This document shows, piece after piece, positions 44,112 through 51,785 of a stretch of DNA of 52,028 nt. The DNA comes from an archaeon (lineage in GTDB: Archaea > Iainarchaeota > Iainarchaeia > Iainarchaeales > Iainarchaeaceae), in contig DATDXA010000005.1 in NCBI GenBank assembly GCA_035289485.1, positions 1-52,028 of the forward strand, written 5' to 3'. The translations under genes and the position numbers were made by a program. The notes beneath the pieces are model-generated. The model was not told the DNA's origin. It did not search any database and worked only from the letters and a program-made list of their open reading frames with translations. The stretch's first letter is position 1; the number at the start of each line of letters is the position of its first letter.

Positions 44112-45628
44112 TAGTACTGCTGCACAACAAGCTCAACTTCCTGAAGCGAGCGAATGTTGTTTGAAATCATCCATTCCAGGACTTTTTTTCTCGTAAAAAT
44201 CTCCTTTTCAATGTCCTTTTTTGTCTTGAGGGTTTTCGTGGCAATCTCCTCTATAAGCCTCATTGGGATGTCTGTTCGCAATATCTTGTCAGACCTGCCA
44301 TCCCACTCAAAAATGTTGCTCACAAGCGGCTGCCTCTCCATTGAGCTTATTTCGGTAACTGTAAGAACGCGCCTCTGCCAGCCCTTTCCTTTCACATACA
44401 TGCGGAACTGCACAATCACAAGGTTTAGAAGCGGCACAAGCTCTTCGGGAACATTCATTGGGTCGGATTTTAAGCGCAAAAGCATCTCGCGCGCAGAATT
44501 GCTGTGCAATGTGCCAAGGCTTCCCTTGTGCCCCGTATCCATTGCAACAAAGAGCGTCTGCGCCTCCGGGCCCCTTACTTCCCCCACAATGAGCCTGTCT
44601 GGCCTCATTCTCATCGCGTTCTTTAGAAGGTCATTCATTGTCGTGCCTTCCTGCCCCTTGAGCCTTGGCCTTGTCTCCATCCGCACCCAATTGTCCCTGT
44701 TTCCGAGCTGGAGCTCAAGAGTGTCCTCGATTGAAACAACCCTTTCAGAGAACCTTATGAAAACCGAAAGCGCGTTCAGGGTAGTGGTTTTTCCAGAGCC
44801 GGATCCGCCGATAATTATCATATTCATAGGCTCTATGCCCATGCCCTCGACCATCACCCAGAAAAATGCTGCCAAATCCGAAGTCATTGTGTTGTTCTCT
44901 ATGAGATCCACAATCGTAAGAGGGGCGGATGTGAACTTTCTTATGGTCAGTGTCGAGCCAAACGGGGTTACAAAAGGAAAGGTCGCATTAGCCCTGTTGC
45001 CATCGGGAAGACGCGCATCAAGAAGCGGGTGATCCGCATCTATTGTTTTCCCAACCGAGCGCGCAATCTTTAGGAGCAAATCATCAAGGAACTTCTTGTC
45101 CGAATAATTGATGTTTGTCTTGCAGTGGCCGTATCGGCGGTGGAATATGAAAACATTTTTTTCATACCCGTTAACCATCACTTCCTCAAGGTCATCATCC
45201 CGCAGAAGCGAGGCAAGCTTGCCATAACCCACGGAATTGTCGAGAATCATTTCCGCAACAATGCCGGCTTTTTTGCTGTCTGGAAAATACTCCTTGATAA
45301 GCGCAATAAGGGACTCTTTCATTGACTGCATATCCTCTGTCCTTAATAGGTACTCAAGGCCCTCGCTGTAGGTTATTGGCTTTAGTATCTTCTCCTTAAA
45401 CTGGCGGACAAAATCCACTGAAAAAACGCCGCCATAGCGGGAATCAAGCTCATCGGTACCGAGTTTCCCCAAGATTATGCTGGTTAGCGCTTCTGAGAGT
45501 ATTATCTCGTCCTCACTAAAATCAGGCTCAGAAACCTCATAGAAGAAAAAAGGGAAGCCCTCGTAAATTATGGTATTTCCGTACGATTCGGCCTTTTCAC
45601 CCCTGAATTCATTAACTGCACGTTCCAT
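44051..45628 (-). CDS. second FlaI/PilB-family secretion ATPase (no adjacent platform gene)
   Basis: Walker A GGSGSGKTT, LIVGEVR, TGHKGSLGTLHS; 3' end overlaps thpR by 61 nt, convergently. Confidence 0.9.
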   Translation of the reverse strand: MERAVNEFRGEKAESYGNTIIYEGFPFFFYEVSEPDFSEDEIILSEALTSIILGKLGTDELDSRYGGVFSVDFVRQFKEKILKPITYSEGLEYLLRTEDMQSMKESLIALIKEYFPDSKKAGIVAEMILDNSVGYGKLASLLRDDDLEEVMVNGYEKNVFIFHRRYGHCKTNINYSDKKFLDDLLLKIARSVGKTIDADHPLLDARLPDGNRANATFPFVTPFGSTLTIRKFTSAPLTIVDLIENNTMTSDLAAFFWVMVEGMGIEPMNMIIIGGSGSGKTTTLNALSVFIRFSERVVSIEDTLELQLGNRDNWVRMETRPRLKGQEGTTMNDLLKNAMRMRPDRLIVGEVRGPEAQTLFVAMDTGHKGSLGTLHSNSAREMLLRLKSDPMNVPEELVPLLNLVIVQFRMYVKGKGWQRRVLTVTEISSMERQPLVSNIFEWDGRSDKILRTDIPMRLIEEIATKTLKTKKDIEKEIFTRKKVLEWMISNNIRSLQEVELVVQQYYYDPESLLRKVLDGNTASPS

Positions 45629-45680
45629 TTTAGAGCACCAAGAAGCTATTTATTATACAATTTAATACTATATAAACTAG

Positions 45681-45784
45681 CCTTTTTCTTTTCGTTGCAC
45701 GAAAAGAACCTGGCAAACTCAAGAGGTTTGCAAGGCCTCGCACTCTGCAAGAGTGCAAGGAAACCCTAGGGAAAAAGAAAAGTG
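45681..45784 (+). repeat. 105-nt structured repeat, copy 2 (sense on the plus strand, 5' of cca)
   Basis: See copy 1; three hairpins: 45686-45708, 45709-45735, 45736-45760. Confidence 0.85.
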
Positions 45785-45791
45785 CAAGGTT

Positions 45792-47165
45792 ATGGAAATA
45801 CTCAAAAAAGCCTTAGATAAGGTCACGCCCACGGAGCGAGAAATCGCCGCCGAGAAAAAGTTCGCGCAAAAGCTAATTGCTAAAATAATGGGAATGCGTG
45901 GCAAGCACACAAAAGTGCAGTTAGTTGGAAGCATTGCCCGCGGCACGCACCTTCGCGGCGACAATGACCTTGATATATTCGTTTTTTTCCCAGAAGGGCT
46001 TTCGCGCGAAGGGTTCGAAAAAGAAGGGCTGCGCATTGGAAAGGCCGTGTTTCGCGGGCACAAATGGGAGAAGGCATACTCTGAGCACCCATACATCCGC
46101 GGAATAATAAATGGGTTCAGGGTTGAAATCGTTCCCGCGTATGATATCGAAGACGCAGCAAAACTAAAGAGCGCCGTGGATAGGAGCGCACTTCACAACG
46201 AATACCTAGTTTCGCATTTCAAAAAAGGGCAACAGGACGAGGCGCGGCTTCTAAAGCAGTTCATGAAGGGCGTGAAAACATACGGAGCAGACCTAAGTGT
46301 TAGCAGCTTTCCTGGATATGTTGCGGAGCTTTTGATAATCAAATACGGGACTTTTGAATCCGCGGTAAAAGCCGCCGCGAAATGGGAAAATGGAGAAGTG
46401 ATTGATGTTGAATATCATACAACTTCACAGGAAGCGCGCAAAAAATTCGAAACGCACTTCATTGTAATTGACCCTGTGGACAAAAACAGGAATGTTGCAG
46501 CCGCGCTCTCGCAAAATCAGTATGCGCGCTTCATTGCCGCGTGCAGGGCATTTACAAAGAAGCCATCACTTAATTTTTTCTTCCCGAAGCCGCACAAAGC
46601 ATGGAGCGGGGCAAAGCTTAGTGCATTCCTCAAAAAAACTGAGTTCATGGCGGTGATGCTCGGATACCCCACAGGAATTGTGGAAGATATCATGTGGGGA
46701 CAGCTCAAAAGATTCGGGCGCAAAATCGCGCAGATGGCGCAGAAGACCGGATTTGCTCTGAAGCGCTCTGAAGAGTGGCTTGAACACAAAAAGCACATGA
46801 TTGTGCTTCTTGAAGTTGAATCTGCCACTTTGCAGAAAGCAAAAATTCTCAGTGGGCCCCCCGCAACTGATCAGCAAAATTCACAGGCGTTCATTGCCGC
46901 GCATCCAAAGCCGCTTTCAGGCCCGCGCATTGAGAACGGAAAATGGGTTATCGAAGTTGAGAGGGAATACACAGAGCTTGAGAAGTTTCTTCCTGCGCTT
47001 TTAAAAAAGCTAAAAAAAGAGGAGCGCGAAGGGATACGAAAAGCCCTCAAGGGCGTGAAAATTATGCGCGAGAAGGAAATCATATCGCTTTACCGCAAAA
47101 ACCGCGCTTTCCAGCAGTTCCTCACCGGGTATCTTAAGGGAGAGGAAGATTTTTTGGATTATTGA
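45792..47165 (+). CDS. cca: CCA-adding enzyme, archaeal class I
   Basis: GSIARGTHLRGDNDLDIFVFF nucleotidyltransferase motif; start set at MEILKKALD. Confidence 0.85.
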   Translation: MEILKKALDKVTPTEREIAAEKKFAQKLIAKIMGMRGKHTKVQLVGSIARGTHLRGDNDLDIFVFFPEGLSREGFEKEGLRIGKAVFRGHKWEKAYSEHPYIRGIINGFRVEIVPAYDIEDAAKLKSAVDRSALHNEYLVSHFKKGQQDEARLLKQFMKGVKTYGADLSVSSFPGYVAELLIIKYGTFESAVKAAAKWENGEVIDVEYHTTSQEARKKFETHFIVIDPVDKNRNVAAALSQNQYARFIAACRAFTKKPSLNFFFPKPHKAWSGAKLSAFLKKTEFMAVMLGYPTGIVEDIMWGQLKRFGRKIAQMAQKTGFALKRSEEWLEHKKHMIVLLEVESATLQKAKILSGPPATDQQNSQAFIAAHPKPLSGPRIENGKWVIEVEREYTELEKFLPALLKKLKKEEREGIRKALKGVKIMREKEIISLYRKNRAFQQFLTGYLKGEEDFLDY

Positions 47166-47479
47166 GCTGGCGGCTTTCTTGAACGCGGCAAGGCGCGCTG
47201 GATGAGACCGAGAGCTTTTTCACGCAGCCTTTTGAAGGTGCGATAGCGAGATGCGCCAGCCTTGGCAGATGCGGTTTTTCTTTTCAATTTCAAGTAAGGC
47301 TGCATCGCTGCAAAACTAATGCGCTTTCCGCCCCTGCCAAGCCGCCAGGAAAATGCGGCTTCCTTGGCAGCGGCATCTTGAGCATTGGCAACCTTTTGTG
47401 CAAGCTTTTTCATTCCGCTTTTGCGAAGCCTTGCCCGCATGTGGAAAAGGGAATCTCCTGCCCTGCTTCGTAAGCCCAT
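47159..47479 (-). CDS. small very basic protein, unknown function
   Basis: TATA TTTATATA (47502-47509, minus) lies about 25 nt upstream of ATG 47479 (leaderless geometry); K/R-rich 106 aa. Confidence 0.4.
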   Translation of the reverse strand: MGLRSRAGDSLFHMRARLRKSGMKKLAQKVANAQDAAAKEAAFSWRLGRGGKRISFAAMQPYLKLKRKTASAKAGASRYRTFKRLREKALGLIQRALPRSRKPPAQ

Positions 47480-47514
47480 GCAATAGAAAGGGATTTGGAA
47501 ATATATAAACCAAG

Positions 47515-47589
47515 CGAGCCCGGTGGGATTTGAACCCACGACCTCTTCGTCCGAAGCGAAGCGCAATATCCTGCCTATGCTACGGGCCC
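47515..47589 (-). tRNA. tRNA-Arg (anticodon UCG), no intron, no encoded CCA
   Basis: Hand-folded cloverleaf: acceptor GGGCCCG/CGGGCTC (G2.U71), U8, A14, G18G19, anticodon arm CTTCG-CTTCGGA-CGAAG, T arm GTGGG-TTCAAAT-CCCAC. Confidence 0.9.
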
Positions 47590-48407
47590 ACAGGATAGAA
47601 GCTATTTGGGTCGAGTTCGTTATTTAATATCTGGCTTCTTTGCTTAAAGGAAAGATGTGTGGGACAAAAACCGAATTTCGTCCAAACTTCATATCTTGAC
47701 GATTTTGAGGTGTTTTTGAAGCCAATATTGTGCATCCAATTTTCAAGAGTGGAGTAGCCCCTCAGATACAGAACATATTGCACACTTTCATTCTCAGTAG
47801 TTGGCTTACGGATCCCTGTTTTGCAATTGAAACCAGTTTTCCTGAAAAGCGAGTACAACCCATGCGAAAGATTCTTTGAACACACCCCCAACTGAATTAC
47901 AGGATAGGCATGTTTCTTTTTTACCTCGCTCTTATAACCACTTCCGGTTCTCTTCTGAAATGTAAGGCACCCATCAGTGTCAAAAACTCCGCGAATGAAA
48001 CTATAGATGACATCCAAATTTCTTGAATTCATAATAAATTCTGGAACTGAAACGTCATACGTTTTTTCGCCATACGGAAATCCTAAAGAGTGCATGAATT
48101 CCACTATTTTTCTATCACGAATCACAAAACCGTAAGTCTGCCTTGCAGGAAAAATTTTTGCAGTAATACTTATTCCAAAAACTCGCTCAAAAAGAGGAAC
48201 GACGTGAGAATCGTAATATTCCTTCTCATCAATATTTCCGCTAATATCAAGTTCTCTCTGGTAACCTTCATTACGAAGATAGCCATCTCCGGCATGAATA
48301 CCACATATTTCAGCAATGTCTGGAGAAAAATCAGGAAGCATAAATGAATGCTTCCCAGAATCATTTATATTGGATTTTAGGGAGTTGACTGCCGGTGCGG
48401 GATTCAT
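47580..48407 (-). CDS. LAGLIDADG homing endonuclease (double-motif, 275 aa)
   Basis: ICGIHAGDGYL and IRGVFDTDGCL motifs about 100 aa apart; AT-rich; stop codon lies inside tRNA-Arg. Confidence 0.85.
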   Translation of the reverse strand: MNPAPAVNSLKSNINDSGKHSFMLPDFSPDIAEICGIHAGDGYLRNEGYQRELDISGNIDEKEYYDSHVVPLFERVFGISITAKIFPARQTYGFVIRDRKIVEFMHSLGFPYGEKTYDVSVPEFIMNSRNLDVIYSFIRGVFDTDGCLTFQKRTGSGYKSEVKKKHAYPVIQLGVCSKNLSHGLYSLFRKTGFNCKTGIRKPTTENESVQYVLYLRGYSTLENWMHNIGFKNTSKSSRYEVWTKFGFCPTHLSFKQRSQILNNELDPNSFYPVGP

Positions 48408-48519
48408 TAAAAATCGCCCCCAAAATTCTGTATAATCCAGATTTCTCTATCTGTCGGTTCTTCCGCCTGGAAAGCCAAAAGAATTTCTTCTATTGATGGA
48501 ACTACAATTTCGACCATTT

Positions 48520-48674
48520 GACCACCTCCGCTAAATGATGAAATTTTTTCCGGAAACGTCTTGCGGGTTTTGGAGGCATTAAATCCTTTGCACCAAAATT
48601 AGTCGTAAGTCGTGCAAAGGTTTAAGCCGAGAAAACCCGAGTTGTAGGAAAAAATTCTCAAAGCGGAGGTGGTC
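48520..48674. other. 155-nt imperfect extended hairpin (about 48 bp)
   Basis: Stems 48520-32/48662-74 (13 bp), 48542-51/48647-56 (10 bp), 48564-71/48632-39 (8 bp), 48585-93/48612-20 (9 bp), plus short helices. Confidence 0.75.
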
Positions 48675-48790
48675 CTTATTGCCTTTATGAACCGATTAAA
48701 AACCCCAAATCAAGCTTTTTAAAGGTTCCTAGAGCAAGAATACTAGTTCAACAACAGTTTCGGCTGTCTGATGAAAAAACGGTGTTTTTT

Positions 48791-48943
48791 ATGAAAGTTT
48801 GCATAACAACGAACAAAGTGGTAACAAACGATTTTGTCGAGTTCCACTGCCCCTCGTGCAATGAGAGGATAGCAAGAAGCCTTGCTGCAAGGAAAAACAG
48901 CCTTGAGTACAAGTGCCCCTCGTGCGGATTTACAGGCCCATAA
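48791..48943 (+). CDS. Zn-ribbon protein (50 aa) of the type found next to aEF-1beta (COG2888-like)
   Basis: MKVCITTNKVVTNDFVEFHCPSCNERIARSLAARKNSLEYKCPSCGFTGP; two CPSC knuckles; below the ORF-track length cutoff. Confidence 0.7.
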   Translation: MKVCITTNKVVTNDFVEFHCPSCNERIARSLAARKNSLEYKCPSCGFTGP

Positions 48944-48966
48944 GGAAAGCTCATTTTTAGGACTGA

Positions 48967-49236
48967 TTGAAGATGCCAGATAAAACACTACTGATAATAA
49001 GGATAAACGCCAAGGACATGGAAAAGCTTGATGAGACCGTAGCCGCGGTCCGCGGAATTAAGGCTGGCGCAGTAAAGGATGTGCGAAGAGAACCAATAGG
49101 CTTTGGGGTTGAAGTCATTAAAGCGGGCGTACTGATTGACTCTAAAGATGATGCTGCAATGGACAGGGTAATAGCTGAAATTGCGGCGCTTGCAGAAGTT
49201 GAGGATGCGGAAGTCGAAGGAATGACGCTGTTATAA
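48967..49236 (+). CDS. ef1b: translation elongation factor aEF-1 beta
   Basis: About 89 aa, REPIGFGVEVIKAGVLIDSKDD...EVEDAEVEGMTLL pattern. Confidence 0.8.
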   Translation: MKMPDKTLLIIRINAKDMEKLDETVAAVRGIKAGAVKDVRREPIGFGVEVIKAGVLIDSKDDAAMDRVIAEIAALAEVEDAEVEGMTLL

Positions 49237-49297
49237 TAAGGAATTTGTTAAAGTCTGACTCCCAATAAAAAACCTTCAGCACCTAATTCTCAATTAG

Positions 49298-51349
49298 ATG
49301 ATAAAATCCATTTACCTTGAGAACTGGCGCTCGCACAGCAAGAGCACGCTCGAATTTTCGAGTGGCACAAATGTGATTGTTGGCAGAAGCGGCTCTGGAA
49401 AAAGCAGCGTAATGGACGCCATTTCCTTTGCTTTATACGGAACATTCCCTTCTCTTGCCGCGCGCAAGGTAACGCTAGAGGAAACCATAATGGCAAAGCC
49501 AATGAAGCAGGACCGCGCCATTGTGAAACTCGATTTTGATTATAATGGAAAAAACTATTCGGTTGAGAGGATTGTGAAAAGAAGCGGCATCAATGAAGGA
49601 AGCCTTGCGGAAAACGGGCGCTCAATTGCCGGGCCAAAAACTACCGATGTTACAAAAAAAATCACCGAAATACTCGAGGTTTCATACGATTTATTTAGCA
49701 GGGCTATTTACTCGGAGCAAAACCAGATTGATTATTTTCTGAGGCTCTCTCCTTCGCAGAGAAAGGAAAAATTTGATGAACTCTTGGGGCTTGATAAGTA
49801 CGAGATTGTAAGATCGAACGCAGTTAGCCTTGCAAACAGCGTTAAGAAAACCTCTGAGGACCGGAAAACATTTCTCTCAGAGCTGCGCAAAAAAAATGAT
49901 GGCAAGCAGCTCGCTGACCTTGAAAAGCGCATTGCGGAAAAGAATTCTGAAATCTCTGAAAAAACCGAAGGGCTTGAAAAAATAGAGAAAAGCGGCGCTG
50001 AAAAGGAAGCCGAACTCAAAAAGGCACAGGAAGATGAAAAAGAGCACAAGCGGCTCATGGACGCTGAAATCAAGGCAAAATCCAGGGCGGATTCATGCAC
50101 GGAAGAAGTTAAGCGCATGAAGCAAAAACTTGGAGGGGCGGAGCCCGGAAAAATAGCGGAGAAACTTGAAAAATCGCGCGAAAAACTTGAAAAGGCAACG
50201 GAGAGCCTGAAGGCATTTGAAAAGGAATTAAAGGAACTTGAAAAAAATATGGTTGCACTTAAGGAAAAGCGGGCGGCGCAGAAGAATTCGCTTGAAGCAA
50301 ACTCAAAAAGCGCCTCAAATTCCAAATCAATTGGAGCGCAATGCCCGGTGTGCAGAAGGCCTGTAAGCGAACATGAGCGCGGAAAATTAGAAGCGGAACT
50401 TGCGGAGGAAAAGGAAAAAATTGCCTCAGAAATTAAAGCAATTGAAAAGCTCATTGAAAAAACCAATGAGGAAATGGAAAAAATTGATGAAAAAATGTCT
50501 AAGGCGGAGGATGAGAAGGAAACTGCGCGCAAAGAAACTGAAGAGCTCAAAAGGATCGGGGACATTGCGCTTGAAATAGCGGAAAAAGAAAAGCTCTGCA
50601 CAGAACTCGAAAAAGAAATTGTAAAAATTTCCGCGCAGATTGCAAAATCAGCGTTTGATGAAAAAATTCTCCCAAAAACCCGAGAAGAGCACTATGCACT
50701 GCGCGAAAGGGCTGCAAAGAGCAGGGCAGAAATAAGCTCTGGGAAAGAACTTCTAAAAGAGCTCGAAGCGGGAGTGAAAAGAATAAAAGAAACTGAAGAG
50801 CAGATAAAAAAACTTGAAAAAGAGACATTGGAAATGGAAAAGGCGGCGGAGAAGCTTGCAATATTTACTTCAGCGCTTAAATCCACTCAAGCGGAGCTGC
50901 GCAATGCCATGATAGAAACCATAAATGATGCGATGGATGAAATCTGGGGCAAAATTTACCCATACGGCGATTACACAAGTGCCCGGATAATGGTTGAGGA
51001 AGGGAGCTATGAGATTATGGTCCGGCAACTGAATGGGGAATGGGCACGCGTTGAGGGAATACTCTCGGGCGGAGAGCGCAGCTCAGTTGCCCTTACAATG
51101 AGAATAGCGGTTTCACTTGTGCTCACGCAGAATTTGGGGTGGATTATACTGGATGAGCCCACGCACAACCTTGATGCAAACTCCGTAAAGGGCCTAAGCG
51201 AAACCATGCGCACGCACCTTCCGGAAATTATCGGGCAGGTTTTCATAATAACGCATGATAAGGAAATGGAATACGCTGCGAGCGGGAAACTCTACACGCT
51301 TGAGAGGGAAAAGGAGAAAGACGGGGTTACGAGGATAGCGGGGGAATGA
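49298..51349 (+). CDS. rad50: Rad50/SbcC-like SMC-family ATPase with short coiled coil and CxxC hook
   Basis: Walker A GRSGSGKSS, central CPVC hook, signature LSGGERS, Walker B ILDEPT; 683 aa. Confidence 0.75.
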   Translation: MIKSIYLENWRSHSKSTLEFSSGTNVIVGRSGSGKSSVMDAISFALYGTFPSLAARKVTLEETIMAKPMKQDRAIVKLDFDYNGKNYSVERIVKRSGINEGSLAENGRSIAGPKTTDVTKKITEILEVSYDLFSRAIYSEQNQIDYFLRLSPSQRKEKFDELLGLDKYEIVRSNAVSLANSVKKTSEDRKTFLSELRKKNDGKQLADLEKRIAEKNSEISEKTEGLEKIEKSGAEKEAELKKAQEDEKEHKRLMDAEIKAKSRADSCTEEVKRMKQKLGGAEPGKIAEKLEKSREKLEKATESLKAFEKELKELEKNMVALKEKRAAQKNSLEANSKSASNSKSIGAQCPVCRRPVSEHERGKLEAELAEEKEKIASEIKAIEKLIEKTNEEMEKIDEKMSKAEDEKETARKETEELKRIGDIALEIAEKEKLCTELEKEIVKISAQIAKSAFDEKILPKTREEHYALRERAAKSRAEISSGKELLKELEAGVKRIKETEEQIKKLEKETLEMEKAAEKLAIFTSALKSTQAELRNAMIETINDAMDEIWGKIYPYGDYTSARIMVEEGSYEIMVRQLNGEWARVEGILSGGERSSVALTMRIAVSLVLTQNLGWIILDEPTHNLDANSVKGLSETMRTHLPEIIGQVFIITHDKEMEYAASGKLYTLEREKEKDGVTRIAGE

Positions 51350-51380
51350 AAATAGTTGAATAAAAAAATAGAATTTGATT

Positions 51381-51575
51381 CTACTGCTTCTTTGCTTTCG
51401 CAACCTTTCTTGTAACAAAGCCCGCTACCAGATTTCTCTGGGTTGTGCTCATTGGCATATCAAAAGAATCAACAAAAAGCTTGTTTTCGCCAAAATCGTC
51501 GGATAGCTGGTTTGGGTATGTTGCAAGAAGCACATTTGCCATGCTCTTTATCTTTTGAGGAACTGCCTTGCCCAT
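51381..51575 (-). CDS. rps17e: ribosomal protein eS17
   Basis: MGKAVPQKIKSMANVLLATYPNQLSDDFGENK...NLVAGFVTRKV resembles S17e. Confidence 0.7.
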   Translation of the reverse strand: MGKAVPQKIKSMANVLLATYPNQLSDDFGENKLFVDSFDMPMSTTQRNLVAGFVTRKVAKAKKQ

Positions 51576-51785
51576 CTAATTCACCTCAACCCTTTCCACG
51601 CGCCCATCGGGGAATTCCCGCAGGACCGCAAGTGGAATTGCTTTCTTTTCAAATTCAATGCGCGCCATTTCAATAAAGCTTGCAGCTTTGTGTGCGGACT
51701 TTACTAGAAGCGGTGCACCAAGCGATAGCTGCAACGCCCTTGCGCTAATAAGGCGCGTGACCTCAAAACGGGTAAGCTTAGACAT
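51576..51785 (-). CDS. rpoK: DNA-directed RNA polymerase subunit K (Rpo6)
   Basis: MSKLTRFEVTRLISARALQLSLGAP core motif; start set at ATG 51785. Confidence 0.8.
   Translation of the reverse strand: MSKLTRFEVTRLISARALQLSLGAPLLVKSAHKAASFIEMARIEFEKKAIPLAVLREFPDGRVERVEVN

Noticed and set aside
47480-47566. N-terminal part of the 135-aa ORF 47159..47566 (minus)
   Set aside because: It overlaps the tRNA-Arg gene. A TATA box just downstream of the tRNA fits a shorter leaderless CDS starting at 47479.
48520-48674. C/D-box sRNA, H/ACA sRNA or 16S rRNA 3'-end fragment as the identity of the long hairpin
   Set aside because: It has a C-box-like AUGAUGA, but the opposing strand reads CUCA rather than the D-box CUGA, and the RNA would be far larger than archaeal C/D sRNAs. 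No ACA box follows the basal stem on either strand. The resemblance to 16S (AGTCGTAA...CAAAGGT, CCACCTCC) is patchy and not colinear with helix 45.
49732-50601. 289-aa Ser/Phe-rich minus-strand ORF antisense to rad50 (similar cases at 21120..21434 and 6850..7305)
   Set aside because: This is a typical antisense artefact of K/E-rich coiled-coil coding sequence (GAA/AAG codons read as TTC/CTT). It has low complexity and no independent signals.
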